From Acutalibacteraceae bacterium (GTDB taxonomy: Bacteria > Bacillota > Clostridia > Oscillospirales > Acutalibacteraceae), in the NCBI GenBank assembly GCA_045639705.1, contig JAZUDP010000159.1, positions 335 through 64,334 of the forward strand: a stretch of DNA of 64,000 nucleotides, given 5' to 3'. Positions within the stretch are counted from its first letter, which is position 1; every line of letters begins with the position of its first letter. Of the stretch, positions 19,038 to 29,689 are shown piece by piece. Both the position numbers and the translations under genes were made by a program. The notes beneath the pieces are model-generated. The model had not been told where the DNA came from, searched no databases, and worked only from the letters and a program-made list of their open reading frames with translations.

Positions 19038-21691
19038 CAGTCGTTCTCCTCGTCCTCGTAATTTTCGTAATATTCTTCTTCCTCAACTATCGGATTTTCT
19101 ATCGGTGCGGAGGCGTTTCCGAGAGCGTTCATTTCCATCCACTGCTGTTTGGAGATAAGAACTTTTCTCGGCTTGCTGCCCTCAAACGGGCCGACAATCT
19201 TGCGCTGTTCAAGCTCATCGACAATTCTTGCCGCACGGGCATATCCGAGCTTGAGCTTGCGCTGAAGCAGGGTTGTGGAAGCCATCTGCGCCTCAACAAC
19301 GACCTCAATTGCCTTCGGAAGCATTTCGTCCGCGCCTTCTCCGTCGCCGTCGGAATCTCCGCCTGCGGATGCGGCGGAAGCACTTGATTTCTTCGTTTCC
19401 ATTGCCGCCTGCTGGTTCTCGATTTCCTTCATGACATCCTCGTCATAGGTCTTCTCATCGGTACTCTGATTCTTTATGAATTTGCATACGCCCTCAACCT
19501 CCTCGTCGGAAAGGAAGCAGCCCTGTACTCGAATAGGCTTGGAGGTGCCGACGGGACCGAAGAGCATATCGCCGTTGCCGAGAAGCTTTTCAGCGCCTGC
19601 AGCATCAAGAATTGTTCGCGAGTCAACCTGCGAGGAAACCGAAAGAGCAATACGGCTCGGAATATTCGCTTTGATTATACCTGTAATAACATTAACGGAG
19701 GGACGCTGTGTTGCGATAACAAGGTGCATACCTGCGGCACGCGCCATCTGTGCAAGACGGCAGATAGAGTCTTCAACCTCGTTGGGCGCCGCCATCATCA
19801 GGTCAGACAGCTCATCAATAAATATAACAATGTGCGGCATGGGCGTAAGCTCTTCGTCCGTTTCCGCAAGTCTGTTGTAGCCCTTTATATCTCTGACAGC
19901 TTTTTCGGAGAACATTTTATAACGCTGAAGCATTTCAGTAACGGCCCAGCCGAGTGCGCCCGCCGCTTTTCTCGGGTCGGAAACAACGGGAACAAGAAGA
20001 TGAGGTATACCGTTGTAAACCGTAAATTCAACCTGCTTCGGGTCAATCATTACAAGCTTGACCTCGTCGGGTGTGGCGTTCATAAGAATGCTGACAATCA
20101 TCGCGTTGAGGCAGACGGATTTACCTGAGCCCGTAGTACCGGCAATAAGAAGATGCGGCATTTTTGCGATATCGGCACAAATAGTGTTGCCTGCTATATC
20201 CTTGCCGAGAGCAACATTCAGCTTGCTCTTCGCATTCTGATAAACGGGTGTTTCAACAATTTCACGCAGAGAAACGGTGGAACGGTTCTTGTTGGGAACC
20301 TCAATGCCGACTGCGGATTTATTGGGAATGGGAGCTTCAATACGCACACCTGATGAGGCAAGCGCAAGCGCAAGGTCATCGGCAAGACTTGTTATTCTGC
20401 TGATTTTAACGCCTGCGGCAGGCTGAAGCTCAAAGCGCGTAACCGACGGTCCGCGGCTTATTCCGACAATTTTTGTCATAACACCGAAGCTTTCAAGAGT
20501 ATCAACAAGCTTCTTTGCCTTTTCCTTCAGCTCCTCCTCATAATCGGAGGCATCGGGATTATTCGCATAGCTGAGGCAGTTTGCGTCGGGCTTTCTGTAA
20601 ACAGGCTTGAATATTGCCGAGGTATCTTCCTTTTTATCCTCTTCAGCCGCAGGAGCCTTTGCAAAAGGTTCTTCGGATTTCGGCTTTTCCTTTTCTTTTT
20701 CTTTAACCTTAACGACCTTTACAGCCGGCTTCGGCTTATTGATTTTACTGAGAATATCGTCAAAATCGGGATTGGGATTTTCAATAACCTCGCCCGTTGT
20801 TATATCAATAAAGGGCTTGGGAGATTTTTTATTTTCGGGAAGCTTCTGCTTTGTCTGATTTCCGACAAGCTCATCGATAATCATTCCGTCATCGCCGCTG
20901 CCGAATCCCGAATCGGTATTGAGAAGGTACGGTCCCTTTTTCTTTCTGTGCGGAGTATATTCCTCCTCTTCATCCTCATACTCTTCTTCATCTCTGCGCT
21001 GTCTGCTGTCATCCTTTAATTTTTTAACCGCATTGACAATGCGCAGCCACAGGCTGACAACAAGCGAATCCGCAACAAGGCAGAATACAACAAGAAGCAG
21101 AATAAACAGAACGATTACCGCGGCTGTTTTGCCGAAAAGCGCCTGCGGAATACCGCCGAAGAGTGCGCCGAAGAAGCCGCCTGCCGTGTCAAGAACATCA
21201 GCGCGTCTGTCCCAGATAAAACCTATCTGTTCCCCGAGCTTTCCCGCTTTGGAAGCGTCCGAGAAAAGATGGAAAATACCGGAAAGTATAAAAACAAAAC
21301 CTGCCGAACCGATAATCCTGATTTTTTCGGGCAGCATAGAGCTTTTTGTGATAATTATAGCAATAACAAATATAAACATCAGCGGCCAGAAAAACGCAGT
21401 TATACCGAAAAGGAAGAAAAAGAAATTATGTATAGCGAGCCATACATGTTCTCCCTTTATAAGCGTAACCGCAAGGAAAAGAAGAGCCGCTCCGGCAAGC
21501 AGAATAATCTTGTTCCGTCTGCTGATTTTAAGTGCTTTTTCATTCATTTTGGGCGCAGGGGCGCTTTTGCTTTTTGCACCTGTATTTTTGCTTCTTCCGC
21601 CGCTTGTTTTTGCTGACTTTGAAGCGGCGTTTTTGTTTTTGCTTTTTTTAGCCGCATCCGCTAAGGAATCGGGCTTTTTCTTTGCTGCCAT
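19037..21691 (-). CDS. ftsK: FtsK/SpoIIIE DNA translocase
   Basis: Lys-rich N-terminus, TM helices and an acidic linker. Walker A is GTTGSGKS. The gamma domain reads ...[20 protein letters not shown]. The stop shares one nucleotide with the ygiQ start (TGATG). Confidence 0.95.
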   Translation of the reverse strand: MAAKKKPDSLADAAKKSKNKNAASKSAKTSGGRSKNTGAKSKSAPAPKMNEKALKISRRNKIILLAGAALLFLAVTLIKGEHVWLAIHNFFFFLFGITAFFWPLMFIFVIAIIITKSSMLPEKIRIIGSAGFVFILSGIFHLFSDASKAGKLGEQIGFIWDRRADVLDTAGGFFGALFGGIPQALFGKTAAVIVLFILLLVVFCLVADSLVVSLWLRIVNAVKKLKDDSRQRRDEEEYEDEEEEYTPHRKKKGPYLLNTDSGFGSGDDGMIIDELVGNQTKQKLPENKKSPKPFIDITTGEVIENPNPDFDDILSKINKPKPAVKVVKVKEKEKEKPKSEEPFAKAPAAEEDKKEDTSAIFKPVYRKPDANCLSYANNPDASDYEEELKEKAKKLVDTLESFGVMTKIVGISRGPSVTRFELQPAAGVKISRITSLADDLALALASSGVRIEAPIPNKSAVGIEVPNKNRSTVSLREIVETPVYQNAKSKLNVALGKDIAGNTICADIAKMPHLLIAGTTGSGKSVCLNAMIVSILMNATPDEVKLVMIDPKQVEFTVYNGIPHLLVPVVSDPRKAAGALGWAVTEMLQRYKMFSEKAVRDIKGYNRLAETDEELTPMPHIVIFIDELSDLMMAAPNEVEDSICRLAQMARAAGMHLVIATQRPSVNVITGIIKANIPSRIALSVSSQVDSRTILDAAGAEKLLGNGDMLFGPVGTSKPIRVQGCFLSDEEVEGVCKFIKNQSTDEKTYDEDVMKEIENQQAAMETKKSSASAASAGGDSDGDGEGADEMLPKAIEVVVEAQMASTTLLQRKLKLGYARAARIVDELEQRKIVGPFEGSKPRKVLISKQQWMEMNALGNASAPIENPIVEEEEYYENYEDEEND

Positions 21692-21792
21692 GGCTTCCTC
21701 CGTAATAAAATATATAAATAAGCATATTATCTGATATTAACCCAATATATTGTATATAATAGCATTTTCAGCTATAAATATCAATAACTTTA

Positions 21793-21821
21793 TTGATTTT
21801 TTTTGAAGTATTGTATATAAT
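21793..21821 (+). promoter_or_regulatory. Putative sigma-A promoter of the aldose epimerase-family gene
   Basis: TTGATT, 17 nt, TATAAT, located 32 nt upstream of the ATG. Confidence 0.4.
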
Positions 21822-21852
21822 GTTTTCAAATAACATTTAAGGAGCGATTACA

Positions 21853-22707
21853 ATGCTTTTTACAGCAGAAAATGAATATGTTTCAATTTCCGTTAAACAG
21901 ATGGGCGCAGAGCTTTCCTCTTTCAAGTCAAAGGAAACGGGCATCGAATATCTGTGGCAGGGCAATCCCGATGTATGGGCAGGTCAGTCCCCCATTCTCT
22001 TCCCGATTGTCGGACAGGTTTACGAAAACAAGTTCCGTGTTGACGGCAAAGAGTATGAGATGCTGCGTCACGGTATAGCAAGAAGAAGAAACTTTGAGCT
22101 TAAGGAGCAGGGCGACGGTTATATCGTTCTTACTCAGAGCTGGAACGAAGATTCACTCCGGCAGTATCCTTTCAAATACATTTACGATATAGAATTCCGT
22201 CTTGACGGCAAAAAGCTTACAGTTACAAGCACAATCAGAAATGATGACGACAGAGTTATCTATTTCTCAATCGGCGCACATCCCGGCTTCAACTGCAAAA
22301 TCGGCGACTGGCTTGAATTTGAAGAAAACGAGACGCTTAAATGTGAAAAAATCACGCCTAACGCAATGCTTGACGGCAAATTCTATCCCACGCTTACGGA
22401 CAGTAAACGCTTTGACATAACAGCAGATGTATTCGCTGACGACGCTCATATTCTCTCCGGCTTCAAATCCGATACGGTTTATCTTAAGAGCGATTTCCGT
22501 CCTCAGATTATAAAGTTCAACTTCGGAAAAGCTCCCTATCTCGGACTGTGGGCAAAGCCCGGCGCAGAATATGTCTGCATTGAGCCGTGGTACGGTCTTA
22601 ATGACGCACCTGTTTACAAAGAGGACTTCTCACAGAAGAGAGACATTCAGAAAATTTCAACCGACGAGGAATTTGTTTTCCCGTGGAGTGCCGAAATAAT
22701 CGAATAA
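21853..22707 (+). CDS. Aldose 1-epimerase-family protein (LacX/YihR-like mutarotase fold)
   Basis: 284 aa. ...GAELSSF...GIEYLWQG.P..W.GQSPILFPIVG... and ...GAHPGF... are typical of the family. Confidence 0.85.
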   Translation: MLFTAENEYVSISVKQMGAELSSFKSKETGIEYLWQGNPDVWAGQSPILFPIVGQVYENKFRVDGKEYEMLRHGIARRRNFELKEQGDGYIVLTQSWNEDSLRQYPFKYIYDIEFRLDGKKLTVTSTIRNDDDRVIYFSIGAHPGFNCKIGDWLEFEENETLKCEKITPNAMLDGKFYPTLTDSKRFDITADVFADDAHILSGFKSDTVYLKSDFRPQIIKFNFGKAPYLGLWAKPGAEYVCIEPWYGLNDAPVYKEDFSQKRDIQKISTDEEFVFPWSAEIIE

Positions 22708-22718
22708 AATCAGACAAA

Positions 22719-22761
22719 GAATCCCCCGAAAACCGCAACGGAATTCGGGGGAATTTTTTTA
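22719..22761. terminator. Bidirectional intrinsic terminator between convergent genes
   Basis: GAATCCCCCGAA-N13-TTCGGGGGAAT followed by TTTTTTT. The reverse strand is followed by a T/C-rich tract. Confidence 0.6.
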
Positions 22762-22767
22762 TTCGGT

Positions 22768-23664
22768 TCAGCCGTTTTCAACCTTGAAGTTGTTTTCAGC
22801 CGCAAATTTTGCTGCCGCAGAATTCGCCGGCGCAACAATTGTAAGCTGCTTTTCAAGCTGAAGGAAAGCGGACTTGTCAATAGTTGATGTCTGCTTCGGA
22901 ATATAAATCTTCTGAATGCCCGACTCGGATACAACAAGCGGTCCGAGATAAACAACAGAATCCGGAATTTTAAGCTCCTTAAGAGACTTACAGCCGAGGA
23001 ATGTTGCGCTTTCAAGTCTCGGAACACCGTCCGGTATTGTGAACGACTTAAGCTCTTCATGACGGCAGAAAGCAAATGCGCTGATTTTCTGTACAGTATC
23101 GGGGCAGACATAATCGGAAAGGTCCGCCTTCGGAAGCGCAAAATAAATCTTTGTCATATCCCTGCTGTAAACAACGCCGTCCTTAAGAACAAAGTTATCG
23201 TTTTTGCCGAAATCAAGCTCTTTGATTCCCGCCTGTGCAAACACGGCGTCATTCAGCTTTTCAAGTGATGACGGAATGTTGATATTTTCAAGGGATTCGC
23301 AGCTCATAAAGCAAGCTTCGCCGAGTCCGAGAATACCGTCGTTAAGCTTGACGGATTTCAGATTTCTGCATTCTCTGAAAGCATTTTTTTCGATATTGGT
23401 AATGTGCTTTCCGAGTTCAACGGAGATAATATCGCTTTCTTCAAAAGCGCCTTCTCCGATTGAAACAACCTCTTTACCTCTGAGCTTATCGGGAAGAACA
23501 ATATTCTTTGAATCTCCGTAATAACCCATAAGGACAACCGTTCCTTTTTCGGGTCCGTCAATAAAGTCAAAATCCCATACATCCTTCAGGAAGAAATATG
23601 AACCCGTACCTGCAATAATAAGTATTGCCAGAACAAAGCAGGCAACTTTAACCGCGTTTTTCAA
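22768..23664 (-). CDS. Membrane-anchored leucine-rich-repeat protein (BspA-type LRR)
   Basis: N-terminal TM helix, then ~23-residue repeats of the form ...I.IP.SV..IG..AF..C..L..I. Confidence 0.75.
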   Translation of the reverse strand: MKNAVKVACFVLAILIIAGTGSYFFLKDVWDFDFIDGPEKGTVVLMGYYGDSKNIVLPDKLRGKEVVSIGEGAFEESDIISVELGKHITNIEKNAFRECRNLKSVKLNDGILGLGEACFMSCESLENINIPSSLEKLNDAVFAQAGIKELDFGKNDNFVLKDGVVYSRDMTKIYFALPKADLSDYVCPDTVQKISAFAFCRHEELKSFTIPDGVPRLESATFLGCKSLKELKIPDSVVYLGPLVVSESGIQKIYIPKQTSTIDKSAFLQLEKQLTIVAPANSAAAKFAAENNFKVENG

Positions 23665-23675
23665 GATAAAACACC

Positions 23676-25343
23676 TCAGAATTTATAAACTCTGACCTCA
23701 TAAGGCTTCGTAACGAAACCGTTATCAACAATTTTATTATCCTTATAGTTACATGCGACAAGCTCACCCTTAGTGAGGTCATAGCCCTTGGGTGCCTTGA
23801 ATTTAACAGAACCCTCTTTGAACGAGCAGACAACAAGAAGCTTTTCTGTGCCGAGAACTCTTTCGTAAACATAAAGGTTCGGATTTGCATGGAAATATTC
23901 CTTATACTTACCGTAGATTACCAGCTCGTTACCCTTACGGAAGTTAATAAGCTTACGGTAGAAGTTGAGGAGCGATTCGGGGTCGTTCTCAGCATCTTCA
24001 ACATTAATTTCCCTGTAATTTTCGTTGATGCTGAACCACGGCGTACCTGTTGTAAAGCCTGCGTTCTTTGACTTGTTCCACTGAACGGGAGTTCTTGCGT
24101 TTTCACGGCTTACCTCTCCCGCAAGCTTGAGGAAGCGTTTTTCACTGAAGCCGAGCTTCTTGAAAATGCGCCAGTTATTGAATGTCATAACATCCTTGTA
24201 ATCGTCAACCTTATTGACGGAGATGTTAGTCATACCGATTTCCTGACCCTGATAGATAAACGGTGTACCGCACTGAAGAATATACATTGCGGCAAGCATT
24301 TTTCCGCTTTCAACTCTGTATCTCAGGTCGCCGTAACGGTCAATAATACGGGCATGGTCATGGTTCTCAATATAAAGCGAGTTCCAGCCGCAGCCGTACA
24401 TCTTGTTCTGCCACTTTGTAAATGTTGACTTAAGCTTTGTAAGACTGAACGGAATTTTAACCCAGTCCGCCATGAAACAGTCGGCGTTCATGTGGTCAAA
24501 GGAAATAAGCATGTCAAGGAGCTTGTCCTTGCCCTCGGAGCAGAATTTAACGGCGTCATTAACCGTCGTCATCGGGCCTTCACCTACAGTGAAGCAGTCG
24601 TACTGATCAGTAACCCTTCTGAATTCGCTGAGATATTCCTCAAGGTGCGGGCCGTGCTTGTAATGCTCAACGCCCGTTGCAACAGGAAGCGGGATACCGT
24701 TCGGAAGACCTTCCGCCTTTGAAATAAATGTAATAACATCCTCGCGGAAGCCGTCAACGCCCATATCGAGCCAGAACCGCATAATTGACTTTACTTCCTC
24801 ACGGACCTTGGGGTTATCCATATTGAGGTCAGGCTGACCCTTTGCAAAAACATGAAGATAGTATTCATCAAGATTTTCGTTGTATTCCCATGCGCCGCCC
24901 TCGAAAACAGAAAGCCAGTTGTTGGGAGGATTCTTGCCCTTGCCCTTGCGCCAGATATAATAATCGTGATAGGGGTTGTCCTTGCTCTTGCAGCTCTCCT
25001 TAAACCATTCGTGCTGGTCGGAGGTATGGTTGACAACAAGGTCCATGAAAACCCTCATTCCGCGCTCATGCGCGCCGTCAAGAATCATCTTAAAATCGTC
25101 AAGCGTACCGAATTCCGGGTTTATATTCTTATAATCGGATATATCGTAACCGTAATCGGCGTTAGGTGACGGGTAAATCGGTGAAAACCAGATACCGTCA
25201 ACACCTAAGCTTTTTATGTAATCAAGCTTGCTGTACACACCGGGAAGGTCACCTATACCGTCGCCGTTGCTGTCGCAGAAGCTGCGTGTCCATATCTGAT
25301 AGACAGACATTTCTTTATACCATGTTTTCTTAATATCGGACAA
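23676..25343 (-). CDS. GH13 alpha-glucosidase (oligo-1,6-glucosidase / trehalose-6-phosphate hydrolase type)
   Basis: WYKE..VYQIW.RSF.DSNGDGIGDL.G...KLDYIK.LGVDGIWFSPIY.SP..D.GYDISDY; GFREDV; ENHD. TTG start with a GGAGG Shine-Dalgarno. Confidence 0.92.
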   Translation of the reverse strand: MSDIKKTWYKEMSVYQIWTRSFCDSNGDGIGDLPGVYSKLDYIKSLGVDGIWFSPIYPSPNADYGYDISDYKNINPEFGTLDDFKMILDGAHERGMRVFMDLVVNHTSDQHEWFKESCKSKDNPYHDYYIWRKGKGKNPPNNWLSVFEGGAWEYNENLDEYYLHVFAKGQPDLNMDNPKVREEVKSIMRFWLDMGVDGFREDVITFISKAEGLPNGIPLPVATGVEHYKHGPHLEEYLSEFRRVTDQYDCFTVGEGPMTTVNDAVKFCSEGKDKLLDMLISFDHMNADCFMADWVKIPFSLTKLKSTFTKWQNKMYGCGWNSLYIENHDHARIIDRYGDLRYRVESGKMLAAMYILQCGTPFIYQGQEIGMTNISVNKVDDYKDVMTFNNWRIFKKLGFSEKRFLKLAGEVSRENARTPVQWNKSKNAGFTTGTPWFSINENYREINVEDAENDPESLLNFYRKLINFRKGNELVIYGKYKEYFHANPNLYVYERVLGTEKLLVVCSFKEGSVKFKAPKGYDLTKGELVACNYKDNKIVDNGFVTKPYEVRVYKF

Positions 25344-25438
25344 AAAATCTCCTCCTTTTAAACATTTAGAAAATTATATCACAATAATTACCGAATTACA
25401 ACAAAAAAATATGCCGCACATTACTGTACGGCAAAATT

Positions 25439-25795
25439 TCACTTTTTTTCTGTTTCCTTTTTCTGAGGATAAATAGCAATATCATCCGGCGTAACTTCAT
25501 CGAGGTCCTTAAGCTCTGTAAAAGCTTTTAATTTTTTTCCTGAAGAAACAATGGAAAAATCTGTTTCCTTGGGAGGGTCGTAATTCCAGAGGGACACCCA
25601 CCCGTAGAGGCTGACACCCTTTACCCAGTGGCGCGGGAAGCCGCCGCAGGACTCACATTCAAACATATCCTCTGACATTTTCAGATGAGCATGCCTTAAT
25701 CTGACTCCGCATTTCCTGCTTAAATCTTCAATAATCAGACGCTCGCCCTTTTCATTGCTTTCCTTGATAATTTTATGGACTTCCAAAGGATTCAA
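25439..25795 (-). CDS. Hypothetical protein (118 aa)
   Basis: ORF with a TTG start preceded by AAAGGAG at good spacing, and a weak hairpin plus T-run downstream. I recognise no family. Confidence 0.5.
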   Translation of the reverse strand: MNPLEVHKIIKESNEKGERLIIEDLSRKCGVRLRHAHLKMSEDMFECESCGGFPRHWVKGVSLYGWVSLWNYDPPKETDFSIVSSGKKLKAFTELKDLDEVTPDDIAIYPQKKETEKK

Positions 25796-25952
25796 CTTTA
25801 AAGCACTCCTTTCTGTCCCTGCTCATGCGAATTATGTGCAATTATTTTATCATTTCATATTATTTTTGTCAATGAATTTATTCTTTAATAAAAAAACTCT
25901 TTCCAACAGCGGCATTAAGTAGTATAATAATATGCAATTCGGAGGTAATTTT

Positions 25953-26912
25953 ATGAAAATAGTAATTCTTGACGCATTTACATCCAATCCCGGCGACCTG
26001 AGCTGGGAAAAATTTGAATCCCTCGGCGATCTTACGGTATACGATTACACACCGGACGACAAAATAATCGAGCGCTGTATTGACGCAGATGTCATCATTG
26101 ACAACAAGGTGCGCATCACAGAGGAGATTATCGCTCAACTGCCGAAGCTTAAGTATATAGGACTTCTCAGCACCGGCTTTAATGTAATCGACACCGCCGC
26201 CGCAAAAAAACGCGGCATTCCCGTCAGCAACGTTCCGACATATTCGACCTCTGCCGTCGCGCAGCTTACCTTTGCGCTTATACTTGAAACATATAATCAG
26301 GTCGGACTTCACAGCAGGGCTGTTCACGGCGGTGAATGGGATTCCTGCCGCGATTTCTGTTTCTGGAAAACACCGCTGATTGAGCTGAGCGGAAAAACAA
26401 TCGGAATAATCGGCTTCGGAAAAATCGGAAGCGAGGTTGCAAAAATCGCCGACGCTTTCGGAATGAACATACTCTGCTATGTTCCTCGCGAAAAGCCGCA
26501 GCCGGATTATAAAAATTTCCGCTTTGTCACTCTCGATGAGCTTGCTGCCGAATCGGATATAGTATCGCTTCACTGTCCTCTCACTCCCGAAACAACGGGT
26601 CTTATCAACGGGGAATTCATATCCAAAATGAAGAAAAGTGCTATTGTTATCAATACCTCAAGAGGTCCTGCCGTTGACGAAAAGGCTCTTGCCGACGCAA
26701 TAAACTCGGGAAGAATTTTCGGCGCGGGCGTTGATGTTCTTTCAACCGAGCCGCCGAAGAAGGACAATCCACTGCTCTCATGCGAACGCTGCTTTATTAC
26801 ACCGCATGTCGCATGGGCGGGCTACGAAACAAGAGTCAGACTGCTTGATGTTGTTTATAATAATCTCAGGGCATTCTGCGAAGGAAATCCAGTCAATGTG
26901 GTTAACAAATAA
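25953..26912 (+). CDS. D-isomer-specific 2-hydroxyacid dehydrogenase (glycerate dehydrogenase-like)
   Basis: NAD-binding GKTIGIIGFGKIGSEVA. Catalytic-region motifs are ...NTSRG..VDE.AL... and ...TPHVAWA. I chose the start at ATG 25953, behind a GGAGG. Confidence 0.9.
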   Translation: MKIVILDAFTSNPGDLSWEKFESLGDLTVYDYTPDDKIIERCIDADVIIDNKVRITEEIIAQLPKLKYIGLLSTGFNVIDTAAAKKRGIPVSNVPTYSTSAVAQLTFALILETYNQVGLHSRAVHGGEWDSCRDFCFWKTPLIELSGKTIGIIGFGKIGSEVAKIADAFGMNILCYVPREKPQPDYKNFRFVTLDELAAESDIVSLHCPLTPETTGLINGEFISKMKKSAIVINTSRGPAVDEKALADAINSGRIFGAGVDVLSTEPPKKDNPLLSCERCFITPHVAWAGYETRVRLLDVVYNNLRAFCEGNPVNVVNK

Positions 26913-27041
26913 TAATGCATAAACAATCAGGGACTGTCGCATTCAGATGCAGAAAGCGTTTTCTTTGACCCGAAGCAAAGGCGATACCGCGAGAGGGCGA
27001 AAAAACGTTTAGAAAAAGCATTAAATTCTATTGTTTATAAT

Positions 27042-27102
27042 AAAAAAGCAATTCTGAAATTACTTATTTGTTCAGTAACACCTCAGAATTGCTTATTTTT
27101 TT
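27042..27102. terminator. Bidirectional intrinsic terminator in the convergent intergenic region
   Basis: AAGCAATTCTGA-N25-TCAGAATTGCTT is flanked by an A-run upstream and a T-run downstream, so it can act on either strand. Confidence 0.5.
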
Positions 27103-27156
27103 ATTGTTTGCTTTTTCGGTCTGCGCTAAACGGCGCAGACTTGCAAGGCTACTTTT

Positions 27157-27264
27157 CCTTAAAATGCGCCTTTTACCCGCCTTGTGCCCTTTTGTTCCTC
27201 GCCATACGCCAGTATGATTTCGTCGCAAAAGAACACAAATCGGGCAAAATTCATCATTTTAAGG
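27157..27264 (-). other. 108-nt rod-like imperfect hairpin, candidate structured RNA (minus strand)
   Basis: The closing helix is 10 bp (27157-27166 with 27255-27264). Positions 171-194 pair with 226-249 apart from a single mismatch (180/240). Four of those pairs are A-C/C-A on the plus strand but G-U on the minus strand. The apical stem is CATAC/GTATG. Confidence 0.3.
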
Positions 27265-27297
27265 TGCAAAGCAGTTTTTGACGAGAGAATTTTTCTG

Positions 27298-27348
27298 AAG
27301 ACAAAGAAAACCCGCATCATGCATACTGACGTATTCGGATGCGGGTTT
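27298..27348 (-). terminator. Intrinsic terminator downstream of metA
   Basis: On the minus strand: AAACCCGCATC-N19-GATGCGGGTTT followed by TCTTTGTCTT. Confidence 0.6.
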
Positions 27349-27426
27349 GATGCAGTATTCGGGGAAATTATCCGTCAAAAACAAAAGTATCCTTACAAGC
27401 CTGCGCCGAATGGGGCAACCCCATTC

Positions 27427-28344
27427 TTATTTTATAGTATCGATATCATACGGCGTAGTCTGATAAACGAAATAGTTAAGCCAGTTGGAGAACAGCAGAT
27501 TTGCATGCGCCCTCCACGATACAAGCGGCTCCTTTGACGGGTCATCATCCGGGAAATAATTTTTCGGAATATCAATCGGAAGACCCTTTTCAACATCTCT
27601 AATATATTCGTTTTTCAGAGTATCGGCATCGTATTCCGAATGTCCCGTAATAAAAATCTGTTTGCCCTTGTTAGTCGAAACGGCATATACTCCCGTTTCT
27701 TCGGACGAAGCAAGAATTTTAAGCTTCGGACACTGTTCTATATCCTCACGACTTACCGTCGTATGTCTTGACTGCGGAACCATGAAAACATCGTCAAAGC
27801 CGCGGAAAAGAATCGAGGTTTTATGCTCAACCGTATGAGGAAATACACCGAAAAACTTTTTATCCGTCGGGTATTTCTTTATTCCGTAATGGTAATAAAG
27901 TCCTGCCTGCGCTCCCCAGCAGATATGGAACGTGCTTGTAACGTTCTTTTTGCTCCACTTCATAATCTCGCACAGCTCGTCCCAGTATTCAACCTCTTCA
28001 AATTCCATATGTTCAACGGGCGCGCCCGTGATAATCATACCGTCATACTTATTGTTTTTGACATCGTCAAAGGTTTTGTAGAATGACAGCAGATGCTCTT
28101 TCGAGGTATTCTTCGACTGATGCGATTTTGTGTGAATAAGGTCAAGGTCGACCTGAAGCGGAGAGTTGCCCAGAAGCCGCGCAAACTGAGTTTCCGTCTC
28201 GATTTTTTTAGGCATTAGATTCAGAATAAGAATCTTTAGCGGACGGATATCCTGAGTTATGGCGCGCTTTTCCGTCATAACGAAGATGTTTTCTTCATTC
28301 AGCGTTTTGACGGCAGGCAGTCTGTTGGGAATTTTAATAGGCAT
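27427..28344 (-). CDS. metA: Homoserine O-acyltransferase (MetA family)
   Basis: MPIKIP..LPA...L..ENIFVM...[23 protein letters not shown] is the MetA N-terminal signature. The catalytic-Cys region is HICWGAQA. Confidence 0.93.
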   Translation of the reverse strand: MPIKIPNRLPAVKTLNEENIFVMTEKRAITQDIRPLKILILNLMPKKIETETQFARLLGNSPLQVDLDLIHTKSHQSKNTSKEHLLSFYKTFDDVKNNKYDGMIITGAPVEHMEFEEVEYWDELCEIMKWSKKNVTSTFHICWGAQAGLYYHYGIKKYPTDKKFFGVFPHTVEHKTSILFRGFDDVFMVPQSRHTTVSREDIEQCPKLKILASSEETGVYAVSTNKGKQIFITGHSEYDADTLKNEYIRDVEKGLPIDIPKNYFPDDDPSKEPLVSWRAHANLLFSNWLNYFVYQTTPYDIDTIK

Positions 28345-28371
28345 TTAAATCATTCCTCTGTGTGAGTAAAA

Positions 28372-29661
28372 TTATAATTCAACCTTGTCAAGAGCCTGTG
28401 CGATATCGGCAATAAGGTCCTCTGCGCTTTCAAGTCCGCAGGAGAAACGGACAAGATTTGCAGGTACGCCGCATGCTTCAAGCTCAGCGTCGTTCATCTG
28501 ACGGTGAGTGGCGTTTGCAGGATGCAGACAGCAGGTTCTTGCGTCGGCAACATGAGTTTCGATTGCGGCAATCTTAAGATTCTTCATAAACTGCTCGGCA
28601 GCCTTGCGTCCGCCCTTCATGCCGAAGCTGACAACGCCGCAGGAACCGTTGGGAAGATACTTCTGAGCGAGTTCATAATATTTATCGCCCTCAAGTGACG
28701 GGAAGTTAACCCAGTCAACCTTGTCGCTCTGCTTGAGGAACTTTGCAACAGCAAGACCGTTCTCGCAGTGACGGGGAATTCTTACATGAAGGCTTTCAAG
28801 TCCGAGGTTGAGAAGGAAAGCGTTCTGCGGTGACTGAATTGAGCCGAAATCACGCATAAGCTGAGCAGTACATTTTGTTATGAATGCACCCTCCTTGCCG
28901 AACTTTTCAGCGTATGTGATACCGTGATAGCTGTCATCGGGAGTGCAGAGACCGGGGAACTTGTCGGCGTGAGCCATCCAGTCGAACTTGCCCGAATCAA
29001 CGATACATCCGCCTACAGCCGCACCGTGACCGTCCATGTACTTTGTTGTGGAATGAGTTACGATATCCGCGCCCCACTCGAAAGGACGACAGTTGATGGG
29101 AGTTGCGAAAGTATTGTCGATGATAAGCGGAACGCCGTGTGCGTGTGCGGCATTTGCAAACTTTTCAATGTCAAGAACGATAAGTGCGGGGTTTGCAATT
29201 GTTTCACCGAAAACAGCCTTGGTGTTGGGCTGGAAAGCAGCGTTGAGTTCTTCCTTGGAGCAGTCGGGAGATACGAAGGTAAAATCAATACCCATTCTCT
29301 TCATTGTAACCGCAAAGAGGTTGTATGTGCCGCCGTAAAGCGCTGAAGAAGCAACAACATGGTCTCCGCAGCTTGCGATATTGAATACCGAATAGAACGA
29401 AGCAGCCTGACCGGCTGATGTAAGCATCGCAGCGGTGCCGCCTTCAAGCTCACAGATTTTCTTTGCAACCATGTCGTTTGTGGGATTCTGAAGTCTGGTG
29501 TAGAAATAACCCTCTGCTTCAAGGTCGAAGAGCTTGCCCATATCTTCACTTGTTGCATACTTGAAGGTCGTTGACTGAATTATGGGAATCTGACGGGGTT
29601 CACCGTTGCCGGGAGTATAGCCGCCTTGAACACATTTTGTTTCGATTTTAAAATCGCTCAT
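28372..29661 (-). CDS. metY: O-acetylhomoserine aminocarboxypropyltransferase (sulfhydrylase), PLP-dependent
   Basis: ...GEPRQIPIIQSTTFKY... and the PLP-lysine region HSTTKYMDGHG. I chose the start at ATG 29661 (GAGGT Shine-Dalgarno). The ORF-track extension to 29772 would read through the T-box terminator. Confidence 0.93.
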   Translation of the reverse strand: MSDFKIETKCVQGGYTPGNGEPRQIPIIQSTTFKYATSEDMGKLFDLEAEGYFYTRLQNPTNDMVAKKICELEGGTAAMLTSAGQAASFYSVFNIASCGDHVVASSALYGGTYNLFAVTMKRMGIDFTFVSPDCSKEELNAAFQPNTKAVFGETIANPALIVLDIEKFANAAHAHGVPLIIDNTFATPINCRPFEWGADIVTHSTTKYMDGHGAAVGGCIVDSGKFDWMAHADKFPGLCTPDDSYHGITYAEKFGKEGAFITKCTAQLMRDFGSIQSPQNAFLLNLGLESLHVRIPRHCENGLAVAKFLKQSDKVDWVNFPSLEGDKYYELAQKYLPNGSCGVVSFGMKGGRKAAEQFMKNLKIAAIETHVADARTCCLHPANATHRQMNDAELEACGVPANLVRFSCGLESAEDLIADIAQALDKVEL

Positions 29662-29689
29662 GTTAATTACCTCACTTTTTATAATATAC

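Noticed and set aside
26913-27041. A possible small ORF or riboswitch directly downstream of the hydroxyacid dehydrogenase gene.
   Set aside because: Only very short ORFs (17 codons or fewer) without a Shine-Dalgarno are present, and I could not identify any conserved riboswitch motifs.
27184-27537. 117-aa plus-strand ORF in the metA-proximal intergenic region.
   Set aside because: It runs through the rod hairpin and the metA terminator and into the 3' end of metA. It has no Shine-Dalgarno, and its composition is not protein-like.
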